Of a DNA stretch of 57,358 bases, positions 1-8,922 are shown in pieces (the first letter of the stretch is position 1; the number at the start of each line of letters is the position of its first letter). The stretch spans positions 1 through 57,358 of the forward strand of contig CAYQRN010000001.1 in assembly GCA_964419995.1 (NCBI GenBank). The letters are read 5' to 3'. A program made the translations under genes and the position numbers. The notes beneath the pieces were generated by a model that saw only the letters and a program-made list of their open reading frames with translations, did not search any database and had not been told where the DNA came from. Source of the stretch: an uncultured Planctomycetia bacterium. Its GTDB lineage: Bacteria > Planctomycetota > GCA-002687715 > CAYQRN01.

Positions 1-1
1 G

Positions 2-499
2 TGCATCGTGTCGCAGGTCTCCTTCGTCGGGCTGCACGCAGCCAGCGGACCGTTTGCGGCGACGCTTCCGGGCCTGCGGCTTCGCCAGACGACGCTGACG
101 GGGGTGACGGGCTGCACGTTCCGGAACTGCCGCGTGGGGATCGAGGTCGATTCGAGCTCCCTCAACACCATCACGGGCAACACCTTCTCTTGGCCCGGGT
201 TCGCCGCGGACACGTCGACGGCTCCAGGCTACAACTTCGCCGTATGCAGCGTCCTGATCGGGCGGGCTGCCGGCAGCACCCTCGCTGACGCGTCGAAATA
301 CAACGCGATCGTGGGCAATGCCCACAACCTCGTCCCCGCCCTGGGGACAGCGGCGCATCCCTGGCGTGCGATCACGGAGCAGACCGCACCTGCCGATGTT
401 CTGGCGAACTACTACGGCTACAACGCCCATTCCGGACAATCGTCGCCGTGGGGCTTCAGCCTGTTCGGGCCGCCCGCCGTCGTCCCGCCATCGTCATAG
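2..499 (+). CDS. Parallel beta-helix repeat protein, C-terminal fragment (5' end lies off the contig)
   Basis: The frame of listed ORF 8..499 stays open to the contig edge. It carries short PbH1-like repeats (TGCTFRNCRVGIEV, NTITGNTF, NAIVGNAH). It sits directly upstream of a secreted FG-GAP protein. Confidence 0.45.
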   Translation, partial: CIVSQVSFVGLHAASGPFAATLPGLRLRQTTLTGVTGCTFRNCRVGIEVDSSSLNTITGNTFSWPGFAADTSTAPGYNFAVCSVLIGRAAGSTLADASKYNAIVGNAHNLVPALGTAAHPWRAITEQTAPADVLANYYGYNAHSGQSSPWGFSLFGPPAVVPPSS

Positions 500-508
500 G
501 ATCTGACC

Positions 509-2257
509 ATGATACGCATGATGCTCAAGACAGATAGTGTCCGTGTGCCTTTGCGGAGCCGTGGCGCGTGCTGTCGCCAAGCTGCACTGGCTATTGTCAT
601 GGCTGCGGGCGTGCTGTCAGCCCCGTGCCGTGATCTGCCAAGCCAATCCTATGTCCTGTGGCCAATGACGGTGTCGACGTCGAACTCGCAGTATGCAAGG
701 CCAGCGGGAGATACAAATGGCGATGGATACGACGACGTCGTGTGGCGCGTAGGCAATGACAACGTGATCCTCTATTCAGGCTTCGACATGTCCGTCCGCC
801 ACGTCTGGACGAGACCGACTCCCTACCTCGGCAGCTTCTTCGGGGCCTGGTCGCTGGGCGTCGGAGATATCGATGGCGATGGGTATGCGGATGTGGCGAT
901 GGCAGACGCCACCTACTCGTCCTCGAGTACGACCTCGGAGAACGGTATCGTCACCGTCGCATCCGGGCTCACGGGCGCTGTGATCTTCACCTGGGTCGGA
1001 GTGCCGTTTCAACGGCTCGGGCGAGTCGTGCAGGGCGTGGGTGATCTGAACGGTGACGGCCGGGGGGATGTCGCCATCCAATCCCGACAGCCTGGTGGAC
1101 CGGCGACCGCCGTGACCGTGCGTTCAGGGGCGGACGGGACCGTTCTCCACACCTGGACCGCCAACGATTGGTATGACTGGTCCTTCCCCGACATCGTCGT
1201 GGCTGGCGACTTCGACGGGGACGGCGTCAACGACATCGGACTCGCGGAGCCGGTTCCGGCGCTCACGCCCGGCGTGTACGGGCCGGGTGTCGTCCGGATC
1301 TACTCGGGAGCGACCGGAGCGGTTCTGACGTCGTGGACGGGGAGCGCTCCCCTCGATGCATTCGGCAATCAGTTCGCCTGTCTATGCGACCTGGATGGCG
1401 ATGCCGTACCTGACTTCGCCATCGGGGCACCTGGGGCCTCGCCAGGAGGGGTGTTCGAGGCCGGACGGCTGGTAGTCAAGTCCGGGGCGACGGGGGCGGA
1501 TATCTTCGTGTGGGAGGGGAGTCAACAGTCGCAGAATGTCGGAAGGTACGTTCCGGATATGGGAGATGTCGACGGAGACGGCTTGCGGGACGTTGCAATA
1601 TGGTACGCCTATGATGTTGCGTGGGCGGGCCCGCTGGTCAAGGCCGTGCATTCGAGCGCAACTGGAGCACAGCTTGCGCGGTTTGAGCTTTGGGGGGGGC
1701 CGACGCCGTCGCCGTATCCACAGAGTTACCTGGGCGATGTGAACCGGGACGGCTGCCCGGACTACATGGGGATGTTCTTGTCGTCAGGCTCGGTGACGTG
1801 GGAGTACTCCATCGTGACGCTCTTGGGCCTCGGACCGGGCTGCGGGGCGGTGGGAGAAGGGGCACCGGGGACCGGCGGACACCGGCCGAGGGCTGCGACG
1901 TTCGGGGGCTCGGCAGTCCCTGGAAATGCGCGCTTCGGTCTTGCCGTGTCCGGAGGGCTCGGGGGCGTGGGCGCCTGGCTCTTCTCCGGCGTCGGTGTCG
2001 ACCCCTTGGGGACATCGGTGCTGGGTTGTCCGGTGTACTTGGACCTGGGCCAGCCCGTGTACTGGCTGTCTCCGATGGAGCAGCTCGGGGGGGCGTTCAT
2101 GGCCCCTGGGAAGGGCTACCGTGTGCGCCTTCTGCCGATCCCGGACGTGCCGGCGCTCACCGGGGTGACCGTGCACTGCCAGTGGGTCGTGGCGGATCCC
2201 GGAGGAGTGAACGGCCAGTTCACGACCTCGAACGGACTTTCGATCACGGTCCAGTAG
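509..2257 (+). CDS. Secreted FG-GAP / integrin-alpha-like repeat protein (7-bladed propeller type)
   Basis: There are seven Ca-binding DxDGDGxxD-type motifs: GDTNGDGYDDV, GDIDGDGYADV, GDLNGDGRGDV, GDFDGDGVNDI, CDLDGDAVPDF, GDVDGDGLRDV and GDVNRDGCPDY. The N-terminus has a hydrophobic signal-like segment (AALAIVMAAGVLSA). Confidence 0.8.
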   Translation: MIRMMLKTDSVRVPLRSRGACCRQAALAIVMAAGVLSAPCRDLPSQSYVLWPMTVSTSNSQYARPAGDTNGDGYDDVVWRVGNDNVILYSGFDMSVRHVWTRPTPYLGSFFGAWSLGVGDIDGDGYADVAMADATYSSSSTTSENGIVTVASGLTGAVIFTWVGVPFQRLGRVVQGVGDLNGDGRGDVAIQSRQPGGPATAVTVRSGADGTVLHTWTANDWYDWSFPDIVVAGDFDGDGVNDIGLAEPVPALTPGVYGPGVVRIYSGATGAVLTSWTGSAPLDAFGNQFACLCDLDGDAVPDFAIGAPGASPGGVFEAGRLVVKSGATGADIFVWEGSQQSQNVGRYVPDMGDVDGDGLRDVAIWYAYDVAWAGPLVKAVHSSATGAQLARFELWGGPTPSPYPQSYLGDVNRDGCPDYMGMFLSSGSVTWEYSIVTLLGLGPGCGAVGEGAPGTGGHRPRAATFGGSAVPGNARFGLAVSGGLGGVGAWLFSGVGVDPLGTSVLGCPVYLDLGQPVYWLSPMEQLGGAFMAPGKGYRVRLLPIPDVPALTGVTVHCQWVVADPGGVNGQFTTSNGLSITVQ

Positions 2258-4115
2258 GACCCTCCGCCGGGGAGCGTGGTGCAGGGGGCCGGGCAGGGGA
2301 AGGTGACCCGGCGGCGGCGAAGTGGAGATCGTGGAGACGCCGGTAGATGCCGTCCCGGGCGTGGAGGGCGGCGTGGGTGCCCGACTCGCGGATCGCGCCG
2401 TGGTGGACGACGAGGATCGTGTCGGCTTCGCGGACGGTGGAGAGCCGGTGTGCGATGACGAGGGCCGTGCGACCCGAGAGGAGGCGCCGAAGGGCTTCCT
2501 GGATGAGAGCCTCCGTCTCCGAGTCCACGCTGGCCGTGGCCTCGTCGAGGACGAGGACGGCGGGATCGAAGGCGAGGGCCCGGGCGAAGGACAGGAGCTG
2601 GCGCTCGCCCTGGGACAGCCCGGCACCCCGCTCGCCGACGACGGCGTCGAGGCCGCCAGGCAGGCGGTCGACGAGACGGTCGGCCCGGACGGCGGCCAGG
2701 GCGCGGCGGACACTGGCGTCGTCGATGGCGGGATCGCGGAGCGTGACGTTGTCCCGGAGGGTGCCCGAGAAGAGCACGGGATCCTGGAGAACGACGCCGA
2801 TGCGCCGCCGGAGCCAGGCGAGATCGAGCGTCCGGAGGTCGTGCCCGTCGAGGAGGATCCGGCCGGACACGGGATCGTGAAGGCGGGGAAGGAGCGATGC
2901 GATCGTGGACTTGCCCGATCCGGTGAGCCCCACGAGGGCCGTGTGCCGCCCCGGTTCGATGCGGAAGGAGATCCCCGAGAGGACGGGACGACCCTCCTCG
3001 TAGGCGAACCCCACGTCCTCGTAGTCGACGCGGCCATCGACGCGGGCGGGCCGCAGGCCATCGCGCGGATCGGGGATGGCGGTCCTGTCGTCGAGGACAC
3101 GGAAGATCCGCTCCGCGGAGGCCATGGCGGACTGGAGGACGTTGTACTTCTCCGCGATCTGGAGGAGCGGCTCGAAGAAGAGCTGGAGGAGGGCCCAGAA
3201 TGCGACCATGTCGCCGAGCGTGAGCGAGCCGCCGAGGACGAGCCGGTGCCCCGCGAGGACGATGACCGCCGTGCCGAGGGACCCGAGGAAATCCACGCCG
3301 GGGAAGAAGAAGGCCCAGTTGCGCACGGTGTCCATGTGGGCCCGGCGCAGGTCGTCATCCATGGCCGCGAAGCGGGCCGCGACGTCCTCCGTCCGGCCGA
3401 GCATCTGGGCGACACGGACGCCCGAGAGGCCCTCGTTCGCGAAGGAATTGAGTCGCGAGACCCTGCGCCGGACGGCGCGGAACTGGTCCCTGGCTCGGGC
3501 CTTCCACCAGAACGACCAGAGCGTGATGAGGGGCACGACGAGCATCGTGACGAGGGCAAGATCCGTGCTCACGGCGAAGAGGGCGACGACGATGACCGCG
3601 ATGCGCACGAGGTCGTGGAAGAGGACGTCGACACCGGAGGCGAAGACCTCGCTCAGGGCCTCGACGTCGTGGGTCACCCGCGTGACGAGGCGTCCGACGG
3701 TGTTCCGGTCGAAGTAGCGGATGGCGCGCGTCGTGATGTGCGCGAAGATCCGGACGCGAAGGTCGAGGAGGACCCTCTGGCCCGTGTTGCTGATGAGGAG
3801 GATCTGGAGCCAGCGCAGGGTGGCGATCACGATGCCGAGGGCGAGGATCGCGGCGGCCGTGCGCACGGCGCCCGCCACCCGTTCCCCGGCGCCGAGCGTG
3901 GCGCCGGCCGGGGAGAGATAGCCGTCGATGCCGTGCCGGAGGAGGAGGGGTACGGCCAGGGTTCCCGCGGAGAGCATGACGAGGAGGACCACCGAGACGA
4001 GGAACCGCCCCGTCCACGGGCGGGCGAAGGCGAGGAGGCGGGGGACGAGCCGCAGGTCGAGGGCCCGCCCCGTGATCTCATCGTCGTCGTGGAGATCCCT
4101 CGCCGTGTCCGTCAC
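2244..4115 (-). CDS. ABC exporter, fused permease/ATPase half-transporter (MsbA/MdlB-like)
   Basis: I trimmed listed ORF 2244..4973 to the GTG at 4115, which forms a GTGA overlap with the upstream gene's stop at 4112-4114. The six-TM N-terminal half has motifs FDRNTVGRLVTRVTHDVEAL, Walker A GLTGSGKST, signature LSQGERQLL and Walker B VLVLDEATASVD. Confidence 0.9.
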   Translation of the reverse strand: MTDTARDLHDDDEITGRALDLRLVPRLLAFARPWTGRFLVSVVLLVMLSAGTLAVPLLLRHGIDGYLSPAGATLGAGERVAGAVRTAAAILALGIVIATLRWLQILLISNTGQRVLLDLRVRIFAHITTRAIRYFDRNTVGRLVTRVTHDVEALSEVFASGVDVLFHDLVRIAVIVVALFAVSTDLALVTMLVVPLITLWSFWWKARARDQFRAVRRRVSRLNSFANEGLSGVRVAQMLGRTEDVAARFAAMDDDLRRAHMDTVRNWAFFFPGVDFLGSLGTAVIVLAGHRLVLGGSLTLGDMVAFWALLQLFFEPLLQIAEKYNVLQSAMASAERIFRVLDDRTAIPDPRDGLRPARVDGRVDYEDVGFAYEEGRPVLSGISFRIEPGRHTALVGLTGSGKSTIASLLPRLHDPVSGRILLDGHDLRTLDLAWLRRRIGVVLQDPVLFSGTLRDNVTLRDPAIDDASVRRALAAVRADRLVDRLPGGLDAVVGERGAGLSQGERQLLSFARALAFDPAVLVLDEATASVDSETEALIQEALRRLLSGRTALVIAHRLSTVREADTILVVHHGAIRESGTHAALHARDGIYRRLHDLHFAAAGSPSPARPPAPRSPAEGPTGP

Positions 4116-5875
4116 AGCTCTTCGATCTCCTCGGAGAGGCGCTGGAGTCGGTGGAGGCGGCCGTAGGTGCCGCCGAGGGCGAGGAGCCCGGCATGGGTTC
4201 CCGATTCCGTCACCCGGCCGGCTTCGAGGACGACGATCGTGTCGGCGTGCCGGACGGCCTCGATGCGATGGGAAATGATGATGCACGTCCGGCGGCCCCT
4301 GTCCCGCCGGAGCCCCTCGAGGATCCGGGTCTCCGTGGCTGCGTCCACGGCGGAAAGCCCGTCGTCGATGACGAGGATCGGGGGATCCGTGAGCAGCGTG
4401 CGGGCGAGGGCGACGCGCTGTTTCTGTCCCCCGGACAGAGTGACGCCCCGTTCGCCGACGCGCTGATGGAGGCCGAGGGGCAGGCGTGCAACGACGTCCT
4501 CGAGGGCGGCGTCCCGGAGGACCTGATCGAGGGTCGCAGCGGGGGCATCGGGGCGGCCGAAGAGGAGGTTCGCGCGGAGCGTATCGGAGAAGAGGAACGT
4601 GTCCTGGGGCACGATGCCGACGAGGGCGCGGAGGCGGTCGATGGGCAGGTCGAGGACATCGATGCCGTCGACGAAGACGGTGCCGCGGGGCGGATCGTAG
4701 AGGCGGGCGAGGAGTGCCGCGAGGGTCGACTTGCCGGAGCCGGTGGGGCCGACGATGCCGGCGGTGGACCCCGGCGGGATCCGGAGGTCGATGCCTGCAA
4801 GGGCCGGCGGCCCGTCCCCGTAGGCGAAGGCGAGGGTGCGGATCTCGACGCCGGGAGGGGGCCCGGCGGTGGCCCGTGCCGGCGTCCCGGCGGGGACGGA
4901 CGGGGCGAGGGCGAGAATCTCGCGGATGCGATCGAGCGAGACGCGGCCGCGCTGGAACAGCGACAGGGTCCACCCGAGGGCGATCATGGGCCAGACAAGC
5001 ATGTTCGTGAGGGCTGCGAAGGCCGCGAAGGTGCCGAACGACACGTGGCCGTCGATGACGGCGGGTCCGCCGATCAGGAGGAGTGCGACGACGACGAGGC
5101 CGGAAAGGGCCTCGACCGAGACGTGGGTGAGGGCCCGGGACCCCGCGAGGGCCGTGGCGGTGCGACGGCAGTCGTCGCCGCGATCGCGGAAGGCCGCGAT
5201 CTCATCCGGCTCCCGGGCGAAGGTCTGGATCGCCCGCGCTCCGGCGAAGCTCTCCTGGGCGAAGGTCGCGAGCCGCCCCTGTTCCTCCTGCACCGCGAGG
5301 GACCGGCGTCCGATGACGGGCAGGAGGCGCTTCATGGCGAATCCGAGCGCGGCGAGGGGAAGGACCACGGCGGCCGTGAGCGTCGGGGAGAGGAAGAGCA
5401 TGGCGGCGAGGGCGCAGAGGGTCGTGAGGATCGTCTGCGCGAGGTGCATGGCGCCGGGACCGAGGGCCATTCGGACGGCCTCCACGTCCCCGGTCATGCG
5501 GGTGAGGAGGTCGCCGGTCCGCGCCCGGTCGAAGAACGCGATGGGCAGGCGGAGGATGTGTCCGAAGAGCCCGTCCCGGAGATCGGCCTCCGCATCGCGG
5601 GAGACGCCGATGAGAAGGCGCCGCATGGCGAACTGGAACACGGCGGAGAGGGCCGCGGCGCCGAGGAGGATGGCGAGGAGGCCGGTCACGACGGAGGGCG
5701 CCGCACGATCGCGGACGGCGTCGATGGCCCTTCCGAAGAGCAGGGGGACGGCGGGGGCGAGGGCCGAGCGCAGGACGAGGGCCGTGAATCCGACCGCAAG
5801 CGCCCGGCGATGCCGCCCGAGGGGGACGGGGAGGCCGCGGCCTGCGAGGGGCCGGGGCAGGCTCAGACGAAGCAC
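4112..5875 (-). CDS. ABC exporter, fused permease/ATPase half-transporter (partner of 2244..4115)
   Basis: Motifs are FDRARTGDLLTRMTGDVEAV, Walker A GPTGSGKST, signature LSGGQKQRV and Walker B ILVIDDGLSAVD. I trimmed the start to the in-frame GTG at 5875, because the region upstream of it lies inside the radical-SAM gene that ends at 5863. The start is uncertain by a few codons. Confidence 0.85.
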   Translation of the reverse strand: MLRLSLPRPLAGRGLPVPLGRHRRALAVGFTALVLRSALAPAVPLLFGRAIDAVRDRAAPSVVTGLLAILLGAAALSAVFQFAMRRLLIGVSRDAEADLRDGLFGHILRLPIAFFDRARTGDLLTRMTGDVEAVRMALGPGAMHLAQTILTTLCALAAMLFLSPTLTAAVVLPLAALGFAMKRLLPVIGRRSLAVQEEQGRLATFAQESFAGARAIQTFAREPDEIAAFRDRGDDCRRTATALAGSRALTHVSVEALSGLVVVALLLIGGPAVIDGHVSFGTFAAFAALTNMLVWPMIALGWTLSLFQRGRVSLDRIREILALAPSVPAGTPARATAGPPPGVEIRTLAFAYGDGPPALAGIDLRIPPGSTAGIVGPTGSGKSTLAALLARLYDPPRGTVFVDGIDVLDLPIDRLRALVGIVPQDTFLFSDTLRANLLFGRPDAPAATLDQVLRDAALEDVVARLPLGLHQRVGERGVTLSGGQKQRVALARTLLTDPPILVIDDGLSAVDAATETRILEGLRRDRGRRTCIIISHRIEAVRHADTIVVLEAGRVTESGTHAGLLALGGTYGRLHRLQRLSEEIEEL

Positions 5876-7731
5876 GTCCGCGGGTCGACGCCGCAGCCGT
5901 GGCAGGCGTCCGTCCGGCAGTCGGTGGTGAACTCGAGGCCGGCGGCCTGCCGGCGTTCGCGGGCCAGGTACTTCCGCGAGACGCCGATGTCGATGATGTC
6001 CCAGGGGAAGACTTCGTCCGCGTCCCGGGGGCGGTAGATGTACCAGGCCGGATCGAGGCCGGCAGCGGCGAAGGACTCCCGCCAGCGGTCCCCGTCGAAG
6101 TGCTCGTCCCACGCCTCGAGCCAGCCGCCGCGGCGGACGACCTCGAGGAGCACGGCGCCGAGGCGGCGGTCGCCGCGGGACAGCACGCCCTCGATCTCCG
6201 AGGGGCCCGTCGCGGAGAAGCGGAGGCGGATCGCGCGGTTGCGGAGGTCGTTGCGGAGAAGCGCCTGGCGCCGCGCGACCTCGCCGGGCGTCGCCATGGG
6301 CGACCACTGGCAGGGCGTGTGCGCCTTCGGAACGAAGGTGGACACGCTCACGTTGACGCGACCGCGCCGCGGGCCGCGCGCGGACCGCGACTGGGACACG
6401 CGGTCGGCGAGGGCGTTGATGGCGAGGACGTCGGCGTCCGTCTCGTCCGGACAGCCGAGGAGGAAATAGAGCTTGACGAGGTCCCAGCCCTGGTCCCAGG
6501 CCGCCTCGACGCCGCCCATGAGGTCGGCGTCGCTGATGTTCTTGTTGATCCGCTTCCGGAGGATCTCGCTCCCCGCCTCGGGGGCGAAGGTGAGCCCCGC
6601 CTTGCGGACCGCACTGACGAGACGCGGGATATCCCGGCTTTCGGCGTTGATCCTGAGCGAGGGCAGGGAAAGGCTGACACGTCGCGGCGTGAACTCCGCC
6701 TCGAGGACGCCGACCGCTTCCCGGAGGAAGGGGTAGTCGGCGGACGAGAGGGACGTGAGCGCGATCTCGTCGTACCCCGTGTTGCGGTAGAGCTCGCGAG
6801 CATGACGGAGCAGCGTCTCGGGGCGCCGGTGGCGGACCGGCCGCTTCGTGTAGCCCGCGTGGCAGAAACGGCAGCCCTGGGAGCAGCCCCGCATGATCTC
6901 GAGCATCATGCGGTCCTGGATGACCTTCACGAAGGGGATGACGGGCCGCGTCGGAAAGTAGGCGGCGTCGAGGTCGGCGACCGCGGCGGACTCCACACGG
7001 GCCGGCACCTCGGGGAAGCGCGGCGTCATGGACCGGAGGCGGCCGTCGGGCTCGTACGCGACGTCGTAGAGGGCGGGGACGTAGGCGCCGGGGACGTGCG
7101 CGGCGAGGCGCCTCAGGAGCGATTCCCGGTCGACGCCGGCCCCGCGCGCCTCACGGACGAGCCCCACGATCTCCACGGCGGCGTCCTCGCCGTCGCCGGC
7201 GATGAAGACGTCGATGAAGTCCGCGAGGGGCTCGGCGTTGCAGGCGATGGGACCGCCGGCGATGACGAGCGGGTGCCCGGGTCCGCGGTCCGCCGCGCGG
7301 AGCGGGATCCCTCCGAGATCCAGCATGGCCACGACGGTGGCGAACGAAAGCTCGTACTGAAGGGAGAACCCGACGACGTCGAATTGGTGGAGTGGCGTGA
7401 AGGTCTCGAGAGACCAGAGCGGGATGCCGGCGGCCGTCATGGCCGTGCGCATGTCCGTCCACGGCGCGAAGACCCGCTCGGCCTGGACTCCGGGGAGGGC
7501 GTTGAGGAGACCGTACAGGATCTTGAGGCCGAGATGGCTCATGCCCACCGCGTAGGTGTCGGGGAAGCAGAGCGCCACGCGGACGTCCACCTCGTCAGGC
7601 AGCTTCACCACGGCGTTGACCTCGCCGCCGATGTACTGGCCGGGCGTCGTCACGGACAGGAGGATCCGGGAGACCCTGTCTCGCAGGGCTGCGCAGTCGG
7701 TGGGTGCGGGAAGAGAGTGGAGCAGGGGCAT
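5863..7731 (-). CDS. B12-binding-domain radical SAM protein, TIGR03960-like
   Basis: I trimmed listed ORF 5863..8949 to the ATG at 7731 (MPLLHSLPAP...). The N-terminus CFPDTYAVGMSHLGLKILYGLLN is typical of this family. The radical SAM cluster motif is RGCSQGCRFCHAG (CX3CX2C). A Cys-rich C-terminus is present (TDCRTDACHGCG). Confidence 0.8.
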   Translation of the reverse strand: MPLLHSLPAPTDCAALRDRVSRILLSVTTPGQYIGGEVNAVVKLPDEVDVRVALCFPDTYAVGMSHLGLKILYGLLNALPGVQAERVFAPWTDMRTAMTAAGIPLWSLETFTPLHQFDVVGFSLQYELSFATVVAMLDLGGIPLRAADRGPGHPLVIAGGPIACNAEPLADFIDVFIAGDGEDAAVEIVGLVREARGAGVDRESLLRRLAAHVPGAYVPALYDVAYEPDGRLRSMTPRFPEVPARVESAAVADLDAAYFPTRPVIPFVKVIQDRMMLEIMRGCSQGCRFCHAGYTKRPVRHRRPETLLRHARELYRNTGYDEIALTSLSSADYPFLREAVGVLEAEFTPRRVSLSLPSLRINAESRDIPRLVSAVRKAGLTFAPEAGSEILRKRINKNISDADLMGGVEAAWDQGWDLVKLYFLLGCPDETDADVLAINALADRVSQSRSARGPRRGRVNVSVSTFVPKAHTPCQWSPMATPGEVARRQALLRNDLRNRAIRLRFSATGPSEIEGVLSRGDRRLGAVLLEVVRRGGWLEAWDEHFDGDRWRESFAAAGLDPAWYIYRPRDADEVFPWDIIDIGVSRKYLARERRQAAGLEFTTDCRTDACHGCGVDPRTCFV

Positions 7732-7860
7732 GGATCGGGCGGCCGGGGAGAACCGCGGTCCGATCGTAAGGACAGGTCCGGAAGCGGTCAAGCGCCGGCG
7801 GCGGGCCGCGTCGCGGGCGTTTCGCCGCGTGGCGGCCGGACTTGAACGCCTCGCCGCCGC

Positions 7861-8922
7861 GTGGTTGTCTTCGCCGTGCGATTCCGCGGTCAGGATCTCC
7901 TCTCCGGCGAGAGCCGCGACGTGGCCTCCGTCGCTCTCCGGGCCGTCCTGCGTCCGTTCGGGGCGGCCTTCGGCGCCGTCGTGCGGTGCCGGCGATGGGC
8001 GTACCGCCACGGTGTCCTCCCATCGGCATCCCTTGGCGTTCCCGTGGTCAGCGTGGGGAATCTCGTCCTCGGCGGCACGGGCAAGACGCCCTTCGTCCGG
8101 TTCCTTCTCGACGCGCTGACCCGGTCCGGCCGCCGGGCCTCGGTCCTCTCCCGGGGGTATGGGTCGCGCCCCGAGGGAGAGTCCCTCGACGAAGAGGGCG
8201 CGCTCGTCGCCTCCCGCCACCCGGGGCACGAGGTCGTCCAGGGCGCCCGTCGCGAACGGGCCTTCCTCGCCCGGCCTCCGGGGCCTCTGCCCGACGTCGT
8301 CCTCCTCGACGACGGGTTCCAGCACCTGCGGATCCGCCGGGATCTCGACATCGTCCTCCTCGATGCCGCTCGGCCCTTCGGATCGGGGCGGGTCCTGCCC
8401 GCCGGCGATCTGCGCGAGCCGGCGGCGGCGCTCGCCATGGCGGATGTCGTGATCCTGACGCGGGCCGACGAGGCGGACACGGAGCAGGCACGCGCCGCCG
8501 CGCGACGCATCCTGCGCCTCACCGGCGGCGTCCCCGTGCTCCGGGCCGTGCACCGTCCCGTTGCGGTGCCGGATCTCGCGGGCCGCCGGGCCCTTCTCGT
8601 GTCGGGGATCGCGCGGCCGCGGTCCCTCGAGCGGACGGCGCGGGCTCTCGGCATCGACGTGGCGGATCACATCGCCTTCCCGGATCACCACGGCTACGAC
8701 GGGCTTGACGCGGCGGCCATCGGCCTCGCCGCGGAGCGCGCCGGAGCGGGGGTCGTCGTGACGACGGAGAAGGACGGTCGGAAGCTCCGGCCCTTCGCGG
8801 AGCGTCTCGGGCGACCGCTTCGCGAGGTGGCCATCGAGATCGCGTTCCTCGACGATCCCGCGCCCGTTCTCGACCGCATCCTCGCCCTCGCGGGCAGGCC
8901 GGCGGAGGCTCCCGTTCCATGA
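7861..8922 (+). CDS. lpxK: Tetraacyldisaccharide 4'-kinase (lipid A biosynthesis)
   Basis: It has the P-loop context VPVVSVGNLVLGGTGKTPFV, the motifs SRGYG and LDDGFQH, and a length of 353 aa. Confidence 0.9.
   Translation: MVVFAVRFRGQDLLSGESRDVASVALRAVLRPFGAAFGAVVRCRRWAYRHGVLPSASLGVPVVSVGNLVLGGTGKTPFVRFLLDALTRSGRRASVLSRGYGSRPEGESLDEEGALVASRHPGHEVVQGARRERAFLARPPGPLPDVVLLDDGFQHLRIRRDLDIVLLDAARPFGSGRVLPAGDLREPAAALAMADVVILTRADEADTEQARAAARRILRLTGGVPVLRAVHRPVAVPDLAGRRALLVSGIARPRSLERTARALGIDVADHIAFPDHHGYDGLDAAAIGLAAERAGAGVVVTTEKDGRKLRPFAERLGRPLREVAIEIAFLDDPAPVLDRILALAGRPAEAPVP

Noticed and set aside
2244-4973. N-terminal extensions of several listed ORFs: 2244..4973, 4112..6307, 5863..8949, 22962..25787, 25645..27180, 26946..28526, 37528..39957, 37702..40569, 38937..41708, 41904..42935, 42401..43828, 43794..46235, 48749..50092 and 50107..53838.
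   Set aside because: The extra N-terminal residues are low-complexity and run into the neighbouring gene. In each case an in-frame ATG or GTG at the point where family-typical sequence begins gives a normal-length protein, often with a 1-4-nt start/stop overlap with its neighbour.
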